DNA from: Schmidtea polychroa
Taxonomy: Eukaryota
Length of the DNA: 64,000 bases
Direction: 5' to 3'
NCBI GenBank assembly: GCA_044892525.1
Contig: CM097885.1
Coordinates: 18,912,001-18,976,000, forward strand
Below, in pieces: positions 1 to 13,899 of the stretch. Within the stretch, counting starts at the first letter, position 1; the number at the start of each line of letters is the position of its first letter. A program made the position numbers and the translations under genes. Below the pieces are notes generated by a model. That model saw nothing but the letters and a program-made list of their open reading frames with translations, did not search any database and was not told the DNA's origin.

Positions 1-987
1 CCTAACACAGGGGCTCACCTGCTCACAGGTTCCGACCTGTGTGTACAGCACCAACATGGCTCATTGTCATGGGTACATATGAGGGAAAATTGTCGACAAA
101 TCAACTTGGGTGCCTGGGAAAGAACCGAATCAATTGCACAGTTGCTCCTAGTTACACCACTTGTGGATGGCACACCCTCAGGTACCCAACAAATCCTTCA
201 TATTAGGGACAAAATGAGGAACCGTAGCGAAAGCCAGACCAAAGTCTTCTATATGTAGTCCATAAATCCATACGAATGCTTGACGATTATAATGCATAAG
301 GATGAGTTTGCAATTATCCATCCATTCAATGCATAATGATAGTTAAACGATCTACCAAGGGGCGAATGAATGTTAGAGCACGAAACCAAAAACGCGTCAG
401 GGCATCAAAAAGCCTAGAAATATGACTCAGCTTTAGCTAACCGTCACCCACTCACACACAAGACCAACATCACTCGCGGTGGATGCATAATGGTAAGAAC
501 ATTATATAGTAATATGACAAGAGGTTGTAATGTATAAATTTTAGTCGTTTGCAATAAAATAATCTTCCTTTGCCGTATTCCCAGTAGCTTCAAAGCTTCG
601 CTAAGCACTAAATTTGAACAACCAACAGAGGTGTGGGTGTAAAATATTGTAAATATAATTATATTTATAATAATAAGCAAAATTACTTTAATTTTTAAGA
701 GTGAAACATTTAATACTTTTAAACTAAATTTTATTATTCCGAACTATTAAAATATTCATAAAATTTGACTTTTATGATTTTTTTGAATAAAGATAATAAT
801 TATCCTTAAAAATAAATTTTGAAAAAACTAAAAACTTATTAATTGGAAAATCTTAGGCAAATAAACGATTATTAATAAATTTTAATATTTCAGTAATTAA
901 AATTGTTCGAAAATGCAAATTTTTTAAACTTTGTTTATTTTAGTGTGCTTAAATTAATTTTTTTTGTAAAAATCATTTTTCTAAAGT

Positions 988-1743
988 ATGAGTAATTGGA
1001 AAAATAGTTCCGTTGAAAGTGGAAGCAATCGGAGCAATTCTTCTAATAGATCATTTAAAAATTTTCATAGTCGATCCAGGTCCCAATCACGAAGTGCATC
1101 TATTAATGATAAATATCCACCTCAAAGATCTAAAAGATCTTATTCTCGCTCGCCATCCATAGTGAAACGTAAAGGACGAACTAATAATGAGAATCCTGAA
1201 CCATGTTCATGTATAGGTGTATTTGGATTATCTAAAAGAACTGATGAACGAGAATTGCGAGAAACTTTTGAAAAATTCGGAAGAATAAAAACAGTAACAT
1301 TAATAATGGATAAATATCAACATGAATCGCTTGGCTATGGATTCATTAATTATGAAGATCTTGATTCAGCTACTAGAGCTATTAAAGAAGGAAATGGAAT
1401 GAATATTGATGGTAAAGATATTCGAGTCGATTATAGTATAACTAAAAAAGCTCATACTCCAACTCCTGGAACATATAAAGGCAAAACATCTAACAGGCGT
1501 AATAATGGATTTGATGGAAATAACCGCCGAAGAGATTTTTCTGATAGAAGAAGATCACGATCCAGAAGCTATGATAGAAGGGGATCTAATAGGAGGAGCC
1601 CGCCCAGAAGAAGCCCTCCAAGATACTCATATAGTAAGCCATCTTATAACAGAAATTCTTATAATCGAAGTCCGCCTATGAGAAGTTTCGATAGGAGATC
1701 AAGATCAAGAAGTTATGAAAGGTCAAATAGACGGTATCATTAG
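988..1743 (+). CDS. tra2: Transformer-2-like splicing factor (RS-RRM-RS), intronless
   Basis: Single RRM (CIGVFGLS...GYGFINY...IRVDYS) followed by the TRA2-specific linker ITKKAHTPTPGxYxG, flanked by RS-rich domains. Confidence 0.93.
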   Translation: MSNWKNSSVESGSNRSNSSNRSFKNFHSRSRSQSRSASINDKYPPQRSKRSYSRSPSIVKRKGRTNNENPEPCSCIGVFGLSKRTDERELRETFEKFGRIKTVTLIMDKYQHESLGYGFINYEDLDSATRAIKEGNGMNIDGKDIRVDYSITKKAHTPTPGTYKGKTSNRRNNGFDGNNRRRDFSDRRRSRSRSYDRRGSNRRSPPRRSPPRYSYSKPSYNRNSYNRSPPMRSFDRRSRSRSYERSNRRYH

Positions 1744-3211
1744 TTTATGTAATAAACTTTTCGGATTTATTAACTTTACGTTATTTCATTGAAAAATAAA
1801 CAATGTCGTGATTGCGCCAGCATTTTTATAGTATGAAATTGCTTTTTTATTTTTGTTAGCATGCAGTTCATACTTATTTAATCGATGTAAAGTGGATAAT
1901 AAACCTGAAAGATTTATAAATAGTTTCAATCAATTTTATTCTTCTGGTGCATTATTATTTGTGTGTTATTCCAGCGCTATTTTTGAATTAATTCTGTTTG
2001 CCGGTAATTCTATTTAGTTGTAAGTTAAAGCGTTTTAATTTGTATGTTTTTAGCGTCAATAGAAATCATGGTTCTGGCCTAATTTTATTACTATTGATGT
2101 TTTCAGAATTTTAAATGTTAATAAAGTGTTCTAAATTTCTTTTTTACTTAATTTGTAGTTTTATAATGAATTTTTAAACTTGATATTTATCTTCAAATTT
2201 AGGCTTGTTTTAAACGAGTTTCAAGATTTTGCTCAATTTATCTAATACTTCAATTGTATTTAAGTTAATTTGATAATTAGTGTTATGATAGTTTTTGTTA
2301 AATAAACTTTTGTTAGACTAATTATTTCTCCAAAATTTGTAATTGTAATTATAACGAATTTATTTACATTCGCCTTTTTATATAAATTTGTAATAAGTTA
2401 CTTTATTATTGTGATCGGATTAACAATCAGGTTTCGTTTTTAACAGTGTCATACGAGCTATCGAGCAAGTTCACAAATCCTTATTCTAATAATTTTAAAA
2501 GTTTACAATTTAAAAACTTTCCCTTGTTAGTCTAAACCCTCCGCTAAATTATGATAACCAAACATTTCAAAATTTTCTTTTTAAAGAAATTAGTATTAAA
2601 ATCGTATAATCATGTCAATTGTCCATAGTTTTTATGTGACCATTATTTTTTTATCAAATTGATTACGTAAAACAAATACAAATTTACAATAAGAAAAATG
2701 AAAATTAATTATTTTTGTAATTGTTTGTTGATATTTTTCAATGTATTTTTGTAGTTTTGATTGACTTTACAATATGCTAATTGTCGAAATTGTACGAAAA
2801 TCTTTAAATTAAAATTATTTAAAATTGACTATAATAAATTTTTTAACTTCACTTTTTATTTGTTATCAATGATTTTGTCTAACATTTTTATTAATTTACA
2901 AACTCAATCTAAATTTAATTCTCTAAAATTAACTCTAAAATCAGGAAAATAAATTAAACAAAAATTGATATTTACGATAACCACAATATTTTTTGATTTT
3001 TCTAACTACCCATGACTTCCTATAATTCTTTCTTTTCGCTAAAAATTACCAAAAAAAGAAAAATCCATAAATATTGTTTGTTTAAAATTTTTGATTTGAA
3101 ATTCATTAATCTGGGAATTTAACAAAAAAATTGAAATTTTTATAAATTATCAATTAAAAGATTTCATGTCTGGTGGAATTTTAAATAGTGTTGGGTTTTA
3201 TTTTTACACTA

Positions 3212-4172
3212 CCGTCTTTCCTCGAATAAAAGTACTGGTCCTTCCTTTCAAATAAAAGGACCACTGGACGGTTTATTTGAAAAGAAGGACCGATCCTTTT
3301 ATTCGAGGGAAGTTCAACAACTTTTATATTAGTACAAAATACAGTCAATTTTTCCAATACTAGCGCATATAATTGTAGGACGTTCTGACTTGGTTTTTTG
3401 TTTGTTGGGTAGATGTCATAGATAATTTCAATCTTTTGCTGTCGGGTATATCAATCTGTCAAATTGAAACTGTAATTAAAATAAAAAAAACGTTTATTCA
3501 AAATCACATTTTAAAGTCACATTTGAATTTGATACCAAATGATGAAGCAATGGATTTTTTAGAATAGATAAAGATCTATGGACCAAAAATAGTTAATATT
3601 ATAAAAACAGACACGATTTTTTGTGGGGTATATGATGAAACGGATATCAATGCTATATTAAGATGTGAGTGCACAAGTACACGTTTGGAATTAAAAGCTG
3701 TTTCAATACATGAAAAATGGGAAATAAACTTAATAGAACTAAATGAAGAATATGCCAAAATAAATGAAGTTCTTTATGGAGCGGAAAATAGTTTCAAAAG
3801 ATTAACTTTTGTAAGTTGCCAAGAATACTATGGGTATAAACTTTAAATTTAAAGTTCTATTTTATAACAATGGTTATGTTATTCTTCTTTATTTTGTTAT
3901 ATAATATTATTGTTTTTTTAGCAAATGCAGCTTTATAATTTTTTTAAAATTAATATGTTACATAGTTTGTATCTTGAAATGAATTAATATATTGAAAAAC
4001 GAATGAATAAACTTTATATTTATACTCAATTTACCATTAATTTCAAATTTCAGTCCCATTATTAAATATAAGGAGTAGTCCTTATATTCAATTTTTTTAC
4101 CAACTTTTAAAATATCAATATAAAAAAAGAAATCGAATAGAAGGACCGGTCCCTTTATTCGAGGGAAGACGG
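3212..4172. mobile_element. Non-autonomous Tc1/mariner-pogo-type DNA transposon
   Basis: ~35-bp imperfect TIRs CCGTCTTtCCTCGAATAAA... / ...TTTATTCGAGGGAAGACGG, TA on both flanks, subterminal inverted copy at ~3280-3312; no transposase. Confidence 0.8.
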
Positions 4173-5196
4173 TAGTCGGTTCTCTATGGCTCCTCGTTCT
4201 TATTCAAACAAATAAGTCGAAATCCAACACAGAATAATTTTTTTTGTTTTATTTGTGGCACTGGCGACAGATTCTGTTTCCCAAGATATTTTTCCTTTTT
4301 CATTAAGCCGCCTTTTCCCGACAATTTCGCGATCTTTGACAAGCTGTCAAGATACTGCTTTTTCCCCTATTTTGTTTTTCTGGAATTTGAAATTCCACCT
4401 TCATTTGTACTTCTTAATTAACAATGACCTTTGTTTTAATTTCTTGTTTGTTTTCTTTTATTTGATTTATTTTTCTCATTTTTAATTTCTTTTTACTTCC
4501 GATTTCTTTTCTGAGTTCCCATAGATCGTCCCGTTTGTCATGGCGATCTTCTCCCAAGTAATTTATTTATTTATTATGTTATTTTTCATTTAGGTATCCT
4601 CAACATTTTTAATTTTTCAAAGTTTTGGCATATTATCGATTTGCACATTTAAATTTCTTTCTCCAGATGAACTTCAACAGTTGTTTGAGTATTTATCAAT
4701 GAATATTTTTACTAATTTCCTTACTCTCGATTTGTATGATTCTTATTGAACATAGAAAGCTAAACTATTATTTGAAAGTTATTATTAGTGGGAAAAGTGA
4801 CAACGTTAAGAAATATATTAATGAAAATGTTGATTACAATGATACTGTCAAATAATAATGATTGCTGGGCTAGAACTGATTTCTAGACCTAAAATTCTAA
4901 TTTGTGACTAGGGTGCGTTGGTACATAGCACACAAATAGCAATAAGTTCAGTTAAATATAAAAAAATACACCAAATAAACAATATTAATTAAGAGGAAAA
5001 ACAACAAAAAATATAAACACAGAAATTAAATAAAATGTCTCTAAAGGATTGAAATTTAATTTACTTTGGTTTAAATTGCTTTTTTAAAAACAAACTAATA
5101 AATTAATGTTTTAGAATTATATTCTGATAAAAAGTTATAAATTCTGTTTTTTAAATTCAATTTTTTAAAAGTTTCAAACTTTATAAAAATGAAATA

Positions 5197-6661
5197 CAGG
5201 AATACCTCGCATAGTACGGTTTCGATCAGTACGGTTTCTCTATACTACGGTTTTGAAATTTTCAAAATATGATTGTTTTTAAAATGATTAAATAAAATTT
5301 TCGAAATTTAAAAAAGTTTTTTTAAATTAATTTTTTAGAATTTATTCGTTATTATAAAATCATTCGGCACGTGTTTAATAATTTGTTTTGTTACGTTTAA
5401 TTTCTGGTTTGTAGTTTTAATAAAAAATTGAATAAATAAACCGTAAAAACAGTCACTACGGATACATTCACGATCTCGCGATAATAGATCAAAGTTGTTG
5501 GTTTTATATTTTTAATCGTAGAGTATGTTGACTTTTATATATTTAGATTTTAATTTAAAAAATAAAATGAGTGGCAGAACAAAGTGTAAAAGTGACTCCA
5601 CAACCAAAAAACGCAAATGGCTCACTTTAGAACAGAAACTTCATGAGGAAGGGGCTTCGTTTGCTAAAGTAGGAAAAGAAAGGGTAATGAACGAGGCGTC
5701 AGTTCGGAAAATTGTGAAAAATAAAGATCAATACAAGTCGCAAGGTATAGCTATGGCGTCATATTTGTCAAAAGTGGTAACCAGAATTAGAAGCCCTCGA
5801 ATGGTTAACATGGAGCGACTATTATCTATATGGATAGAAGACCTTAGCCAAAAACATATTCCAATTAGTCAAATGGAAATTCAAGCAAAGGCACTAAGTC
5901 TTTACAAAGACTTGGGGACTAAAGATGAAGTAGAATACCTTGGTTCCAAAACTGGTGAAACCTTTACGGCCAGTCGAGGGTGGTTTTCTCGGTATAAGGA
6001 ACGAACTGGTATTCACAACGTACGTATTGTTGGGGAATCTGCAAGTGCAGATAAAGAGGCGGCTTTAAAATTCTATCCAGAAGAATTATCCAGAATTATA
6101 GAAAAAGGTGGTTACAAAGACGAACAAATATTCAATGTAGACGAGACTGCGTTATTCTGGAAAAAGTTACCAACACGCACTTTTGTAGCAGTGAATGAGA
6201 AGTCATGCCCGGGATATAAAATCTCAAAAGATCGTCTTACACTATTATTGGGTGATAATGCAGCAGGAGATTTAAAACTAAAACCGATGCTTGTATACCG
6301 AGCAGAAAATCCTCGAGCTCTTAAGGGTTTATCAAAAAAATTTTAATATTTTTAAAATGAAATAAATTCTTTTTTTGATTTAGTTGCAATGAATTGGTAT
6401 TGCCGGCTTATAAATTTCAATAAATATATATTTAAATGTACAACTGTGTGAAATATGCTTGTTTTGCTCTTGAATATCAGAAAAATAAAAATACATAACA
6501 AAATATTTTTTGTTTACTAGATTATAATCACGATTTTTAAATTTCTTAATAAGGGTACTAAGACGTAAATTTATTAGCGCCAGAATGCCTCGAATACTCC
6601 GGTTTCAAATAGTACGGCTAAATTCAAGAACCGATTAACCGTACTGTTCGAGGTATTCCTG
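5197..6661 (+). mobile_element. Tigger/pogo DNA transposon, internally deleted
   Basis: 25-bp TIRs CAGGAATACCTCGcAtAGTACGGTT (2 mismatches), TA TSD, truncated transposase inside. Confidence 0.92.
5567..6346 (+). pseudogene. Tigger transposase, C-terminally truncated (CENP-B-type HTH + start of DDE domain)
   Basis: FTASRGWFSRYK, IFNVDETALFWK, KDRLTLLLG..AGDLKLKP..YRAENPRALK; ends before the remaining catalytic Asp residues. Confidence 0.9.
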
Positions 6662-9311
6662 TATAACAAAATCTTAATAAATTTTTCACAAAGTTGTGTT
6701 CACTAATAATAATCAATTCTCTCATTCGAAAGTGATTAAGAACTTGAGAATGGAAATGATGGGTAGTCATTCCAATGTATGTGGCTATACACCCACGACA
6801 TAAATATACATAACCAAGTTCTGAACACAATCTAAGTAAGACTTGAAAAACACTAATAAACAAAAGTTCAAAAAATGGGAATTAAAAACAATCTTCCAAC
6901 ATGGAATACACAACTGCTTGTTAAAAATCTTTACGCAAACTGTATAACATTCCAAATGCGACAATGTAAACCTAAACAGAGGTTGAGATTTTTGGAAATG
7001 ATAAAGATTTTTCTAATTGAAAACTAAGTACTTAGTTACTTATTATGGACTTCTTAGCGTGTAGTTTAGCCATTGAGGTCCTAAATAAGTGGGGGTAAGT
7101 GGCTTAAGAATTTTAGATTTCATTTATAAATTCCTGGAATAGGTATAGTAAATAATTATATGTTAAAATGAATAAAGGGTAGGTTTGGATGAGAAATATG
7201 GCTTAAGTAGTTTAGATTTCATATATAAGTTTCTGAAAGGGAAAAATTTGTCTGATAGAGCAGATTAATGAATAAATCATCAGTGATCACGGAATAACTA
7301 AGTAAACTAAATTGTGAACGGTTCAAATTTTCCAGCATCGTCTGGCAGATAAAACTTTAAAAATTCGTAAAGCATGTAATCAAGATAGTCATATGGATTT
7401 CATTAGTACAAAAGGATAGTTCAGACTTCGAAGAAGTTGAGATAGATTTAGTCGATTGCAAGTTTCAAGACTATTGGTGGCTCTGAATATTTACCAGATT
7501 TAGAATATTGTTTAGGCAGAGATTTCCCTGATAATTTTATCCAAAACTATCTGGTCATTTTAATTTTGATCTGAATTAACTGGATACAATTTTGGAAGTG
7601 CTTTTGTGATCATTTTGAGTCTGGGGTTTTCTCTCCGTTTATGAAGTTCTAATGTTGTGTACGAGTATGTGACTGGATGTAAGTTTAAGTACGTTCTTTA
7701 ATTGAAGAAAACGGTCAATTTAATTCAAATTTGCCTATTTTCGTGGCCACACTGGACTTACTACGATAGGCCCTAGTGTTGTGTTGGTTAACGCTATAGC
7801 AAATAGTACTGTACCGTTGACTAAATTAGTTAATACCACATCAAGCTCATAGAGCCCCGCCGCTCCAGAGGACATTTATCGACGAACCTCGTGGCTTATA
7901 CCACGAAGTCAGTACGACCTCCGGCGACCTCGATCATCATATACGTATAATTGCGTGCTAAGCTGTGGACCTAGTGGCGATGATGATTTTAGTAAATATG
8001 GAACCAGTCGAGGTTGTATGCATGAAGATATCAATGAACACATCGAATCCAGTTACTCCCAAAAACAAAAAAAAACAATAACATTGAAAGCATAAATTAA
8101 ATATTGGTAAAAGTAATACATGGCATTATACAACAAAATATCCCTCACTTGATGAATTCTCGAACTAGTGATCTCAATAAAAATTCAAAAAATTTGGCAT
8201 AGTGTTTTGTGACAAAAATGCGTCGGTATTAATACCTGGTTTTCGTTGTGCGAGTTTGTGTGCATGCATTAGTGCAGTAAAACAAATCCGAATTATTTTT
8301 GTTCTAGAACTTTCTATTTTCAATGTTTATCAATTTTGGTGGTGATTTTTTCGTAATAATTTTTGTTTATTTTTCAAAATTTTATTTTGGAATTATGTTT
8401 TATTAAATTTACCTCCATGATGGATTTAGGCATTTCCAGGACATTGCGTGTTAAATTTAATCTAATTCTTAATTTTTAAATTGTTTTTTGTAATTCTTTT
8501 CTAACATTTTTATATTTTAAACTAAAATATTTATTTTTTATAACTTTTATTAGGTTGTTTTGGCGGCCATGATGGATTTCGTCATTTTTATGGATTGTTC
8601 TGGGTTTTTGGTCGACATTTTCGACAATTTTGTTTACGTGTAACTTTTATGATATTTTTCTTTTTAATTTTTCTAAATTGCCTTTATTCGGATTTGTTTT
8701 CGGTTGTTTTGTTTTTTCGGTTATGTTTGAGTACGATTTTGAGCGAGGTTTTTTTATCTATTATTTTTTTTTATTATTTGCTAGGTTTTATTTTTATTTA
8801 GATGTTTTAAATTTTGTGTCTTGTTCTCTTTATTATTATTGTTTAATTGATGTTTTCATAGGTTTTAATTTTAAATAGACTTAGTGCTCAGCTGCATGTT
8901 GTGTACCGACACATTTTGTCACAAACCTAGTTTTGTGGGTCTAGAAATCAGTTCTAGCCCAACACTTGATCTATAATAATATATTTTAATTCAACTTGGT
9001 ACGGGTGCTTGCGTATATTATTTCGACGCATTTAAACAAACTTAAAATTTTTAAATGTCTAGCCCAACTAGGACATATATAGAGTGAAATCCAGAACGGA
9101 AACGCAAGCCATACTATTGCCCACATTGACCTTGAAACACATTACCATAGGGAAGAGTAAAATTAAAATAATATAAACAATTAAATTGATAAAATATTTT
9201 CAATGCTCCAACAAAAATAGTTTGTGTTTAAATATTTCAATTTAATAAAATATTTCACATAATTATAATATCATTATTTTAATTATATAAAATAATTTTA
9301 ATATTTATCAA

Positions 9312-12311
9312 ATGGTACATTAATAAGACATTAATATAGTGAATTTTTATGTTTATATTAGGAAGATTTTGAAGACGACGAAACATTTATTGATGAACAA
9401 TTTAATCAAGCAATTAAATTTGTACCTACTATAGTTACACGACTAGATGTTAAAACTAAATTACAATTATATGGATTTTATAAACAAGTTTGAAAAAATT
9501 AAAATGAACTCGATTTTAATATTTTATTAGGCTACAGAAGGTCCATGTAATATTCCAAAACCAGGTTTCTTTAGCTTTGAGGCAAAATCAAAATGGTTAT
9601 AAATATTCTATAATAATTGATTTTAAAATTTCTTAGGGAATCGTGGAATGAACTGAAACAAATGAGCATTTTGGAAGCCAGGAAAAAATATGTTGAATTA
9701 CTTAATGAAATTGATGCATTTTGGTATAAAGTATTAAACAAATAATGAATAAAAAGTTGAAATACTTTTAAACGGATTTAGAAAAAAGTTAAAGGTGCAG
9801 TTTTTGTAAGTCGTCCTATATGTGAATTAGAATCGAATGCTGGAGATGAGAAATCCATTTTTGATGTTGTCAAAACCGGTGATTTAACTGAATTGAAAAA
9901 TTTATTGACATTAAATCCATCATTAATTGATATAACGGATGACGAAGTAATTTTAATTTATTGGATTTCAGAGAACGTTAATTCCATTCAAAATAGGGCA
10001 TGAATTTATTACATTGGGCGTCTGACCGAAACCATTGGGAAATTGTAGAATATCTTTTAGTTTCAGGAATAGATGTTAATAAATTAGTAATTATAGTTAA
10101 CATATTTTGATTTTGATTTGGTTTTCTTCTAGGATTCAATGAATCAGTCAGCTTTGATTTACGGTAATAAATTTTCAAATTGATTTTTTTAAATTTCTGC
10201 ACGGTAAAGCTGAAATGAAAATAATTTTAATACAAAAATGTCTGTTTTCTCTTACCATTTATCGCCTACCTAACTCAATTAAGCTAACAGAATTCATTAT
10301 TAAAATAAAGGCAAAATTTCATTAGATTTAAAAATTTAGAATTAATAAATCTAAATAACAATAAAATATGTCAAATGGTTGGTAGGCAACGCATTTCGTT
10401 AAGATTAAATATAATCTAGTTCATATAGATTGCAAATTTATATTAGCATTTTAATAATGAGTTTATAGCTTATATATACAACTTGTTTTATAATATTTCA
10501 AATAGATTATTTAATTTAATTTTTGTATTAACATTAAAAAATTCGGGTAGCTTGTCAATAAAATATGTCAAATCGGTAGTTAATAATAAAATATAGTTCA
10601 TTTAGACTACAAATTTATATTCTCAGGTCAATAAAGATCGGAAAGTATAACTAGTGATTTATAACGAAATTTTAATTTATATATTTTTGACTATATAATT
10701 TTTACTTTGCAATAAAATTTAAAAATCTAGCATATAGTAATATAGGTCAATTTGTTGATAGGTTACGCATTATTTGAATAAGTTGGTATAGATTTATTTT
10801 AGAATTTCTACACAGCATTTGTTACCATAATTTTTGGGTTTGTATCTATAAATAATTAATATTATAAATAAAGGAAATTGGATAATTGCAAATAGTATCT
10901 ATGGTAATATTAATTTTTGAAAATATTAATCTAATCTACTTTTTATTTAAATTCTTTATTAAAATGATCGGATTATGTGTAGGATAATCAAATAATTTTG
11001 GAAAAATACTGTGACAATAGAATTTTTTTATTTCAATTTCTGAGAATACGGATTTTATGTACGACTTTCGGTAATTAATGCATCAGTTCTTGATAAAGTT
11101 TGCTTCTTTTTAAGCAAACATCTTATTACTTCTCCAAAACAGTGATTCGAGTGAATGGAGATGTTATGTTTACCATTGTCTAAAGAAATTATTCTGTTCC
11201 GTACTTTGAAGAATTGTCATTTATTTGCATGTTGATAGAAATATATATCCGATTTTTATGAGAAATAATTGTGATACAAATTTTTGAAAATGTCTTTCTT
11301 CAAATAAATTTAAATTCTATTTGCTATTATGTGCTGTTTTCAATTTATGCAAATATTAAGAGCAGCAACAGCATATTAAAGCTGATGGTCAGACAATTAA
11401 TAGGAAGGTCGACGGAGATGGATTTACGTCTATCTCAGATATCCCATTTTCGTTCAACCGAATCCTCTTGAAGATCTTACTGTTTAACATAATTAGGAAT
11501 CATTCATTTAGCAAGATCTTGTTTCCATGATTAAAAAATTCTTTTTCATCAATTACTTTTGATTAAAAACCTGAAAAAGTTCAAATTTTAAACTGGTAAA
11601 ATACAAAGAAAATATTTTATTTTAATTCATAATGTTTGAAACCCATTATAAACATAAGTTTTCTGGTATAAAAATTAAAATATTAATTTTACTTTATCCA
11701 ATGTTGTGTAATGTTGTCTTTCCAGAATCATTAAAATTTATGTAAAATTAACAACTGTGGCGGACAAAACCGCCTAATCGAAGAGATTAATTATGCGTAA
11801 TAAAAAGATTTAAATACATTTATAAGTTCTACTAATTCATAATATCACCATTACAAATTTATAACAGAATAATTAAATTAATATTCAAGGTTTTTGCTTA
11901 GAATGTCTTTGAATTTTTTAAAGTATTTATTTCATCAAATGGAATTTCAAAAAAATCACAGTTGATTATATTAAAACATCTTTTAAGATTCGTGTTCTAA
12001 TATTTTTTATTTAAAATTTTACTTTATATTAATAGTGAAAATTTTATATAATTAAAATTTACGGGCTTGTTCGATAAAGTAAGAACTAAAATTTGAAATT
12101 TGAAAAAAATGTAAGTTGAATTGAAAATTATCATGAAAATATTTCTATTTTGATTTTTCATAATTTAAATTATTCAGGTGCTGCTGCTAATAATTTAAAA
12201 ACTGTCGAAATTTTATTGAAATATAATCCAGATCGTGAAATAAAAGATGAAGATGGACTTACAGCAGCAGAATTGACGACTGATTATAAAATTAAAAAGC
12301 TTTTGTTATGA
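9312..12311 (+). CDS. ACBD6: Acyl-CoA-binding domain + ankyrin repeat protein (ACBD6-like), 8 exons
   Basis: Manual GT-AG splicing gives M|EDFEDD...LQLYGFYKQ|ATEGPCNIPKPGFFSFEAKSKW|ESWNELKQMS..EARKKYVELL (ACBP), then ankyrin repeats GMNLLHWASDRNH and DSMNQSALIYGAAANN...DEDGLTAAEL. Introns ~40-50 nt except the last (~2 kb). Confidence 0.88.
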
Positions 12312-12437
12312 AATAAAAATTTGATTTTTTAGATATTATTTATTCTAAAAAAAGATTTAAATTTAATAAAAAAATTGTTTAAATAATTAGTTTGTTATAA
12401 ATTAAAATTTTTCAATTAATATTTAAAGAATCATTTG

Positions 12438-13242
12438 ATGTCTGCTAGAATTCACAAATATAACAAGGAAGCTCCAACTGAATTGGAATTGCAAATTGCA
12501 AGCGTATGTAAATTAGTTAATTAAAAAAATTATTTTAGTATTTATTTAGTTCATTAATGAATTGCAAAGTACAAATGACATGAAAGATGTTTTGAGCGAA
12601 TTAATGATTACTGGAGCTAAAGTAAGAAATAATACTTTTTATGCATAAAATCATTTTTGATTCATCAATTTTGAATATTTATGCTATAGTAATACTAAAC
12701 ATTCGCAACTTCTAACCTTTATTTTGAAGTTGATAAAGTTTAGATACATTCTTTAAATATTTTAATATTAAATTATTATAACCATTATTATCAATATTTA
12801 TTATTAGGAATGTGAAGTTAGTGGTAAAAAAGCAATCATTGTCTATGTTCCAATTAACCAGCAAAAACTTTATCAAAAGATTCACACCAGATTCATTCGA
12901 GAATTGGAAAAGAAATTCAGTGGAAAGCATGTATTCATCTGTGCTTATAGAACTATTCTTCCCAAACCATCAAAGAATAGCAAGAACAAGTTGAAACAAA
13001 AAAGACCAATTTCAAGAACTCTAACATCAGTTCACGATAACATTTTGTCTGATTTGGTTTTCCCTGCTGAAATCATTGGAAAACGTATCAGATATTCAGT
13101 CGATGGTAAAAGATTGATTAAATGCCATTTGGAAAAGGCTCAACAGTTCAACATTGAACACAAGATTGATACTGTTGCCAGTTTGTATAAACAACTTACT
13201 GGTAAAGATGTTGCTTTTGATTTCCCAGAATGGAACTTGTAA
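12438..13242 (+). CDS. RPS7: 40S ribosomal protein S7 (eS7), 3 exons
   Basis: Exons ~12438-12503, ~12550-12621, 12808-13242; motifs [59 protein letters not shown]. Confidence 0.95.
12641..12751 (+). ncRNA. Intronic box H/ACA snoRNA (predicted)
   Basis: Hairpin 1 (GCATAAA/TTTATGC, ATTCA/TGAAT), H box ATAGTA 12686-12691, hairpin 2 (CTAAAC/GTTTAG, CAACTTC/GAAGTTG with internal pocket), ACA 12746-12748; lies in an enlarged intron of a ribosomal protein gene. Confidence 0.75.
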
Positions 13243-13899
13243 TTTGATGAATAAAAAATTGGATCTATATATTTTTTTAATTTAATTGGCAGTGTAGATA
13301 GAGATAGCTATTTGGAATTATACGTAATTTGATTTTATCGATTAGTTTATCGAATTTAATAATGGGCAAAATCTTTATTATTATAAAGATTACATTAGTT
13401 AAATTAAGATCGTAAAATAATTAATTTCAATCCGTAACATTTTGGTATTTTCGTTTTTGTATGAAATTTAATATTATATGCCAGCAAATGTATAGAACAA
13501 CCTGGATTTTTATATAATTTTTAATTGATTAATATAAACAATGATCACTGAGGAGGGTGATGGCATTTACTGTGTCTTTCTACATATATAAATTGTAATT
13601 TCACGAGAACGGTTTCTGAGAACTATCTCCCTGTGTACCGACATTCTACTGTACATTAGTAATATAATTTAAGCTGATAAAATTACAAAAAACAATTATT
13701 TTTCAGGAGATTATGAAAAAGATAATTTGAAAAATTAACACATAAAATAATTATTGTACGAAAATACAGATTACTTCTCTAATTTGCTTATAATTGGTCA
13801 CTCAGCGTTTTTCAAACTTGAAACATACAAGACATTATGATAATTTATTCAACATATTTCTTCCCTGTTACTGGGTGATCAAAGCTACGGGCTTTAAAA

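Larger units (their letters stand above)
4867..8960. mobile_element. ~4.1 kb segment bounded by long imperfect inverted repeats (unclassified DNA transposon)
   Basis: GGGCTAGAACTGATTTCTAGACC at 4867 and its exact reverse complement ending at 8960; weaker similarity continues ~70 bp. No TSD recognised. Contains the Tigger copy. Confidence 0.6.

Noticed and set aside
1..620. GC-richer segment, possible retroelement remnant
   Set aside because: No motif or terminus identified; truncated by the window edge.
8595..8878. Hydrophobic membrane-protein ORFs
   Set aside because: T-rich low-complexity DNA giving Phe/Leu-rich frames.
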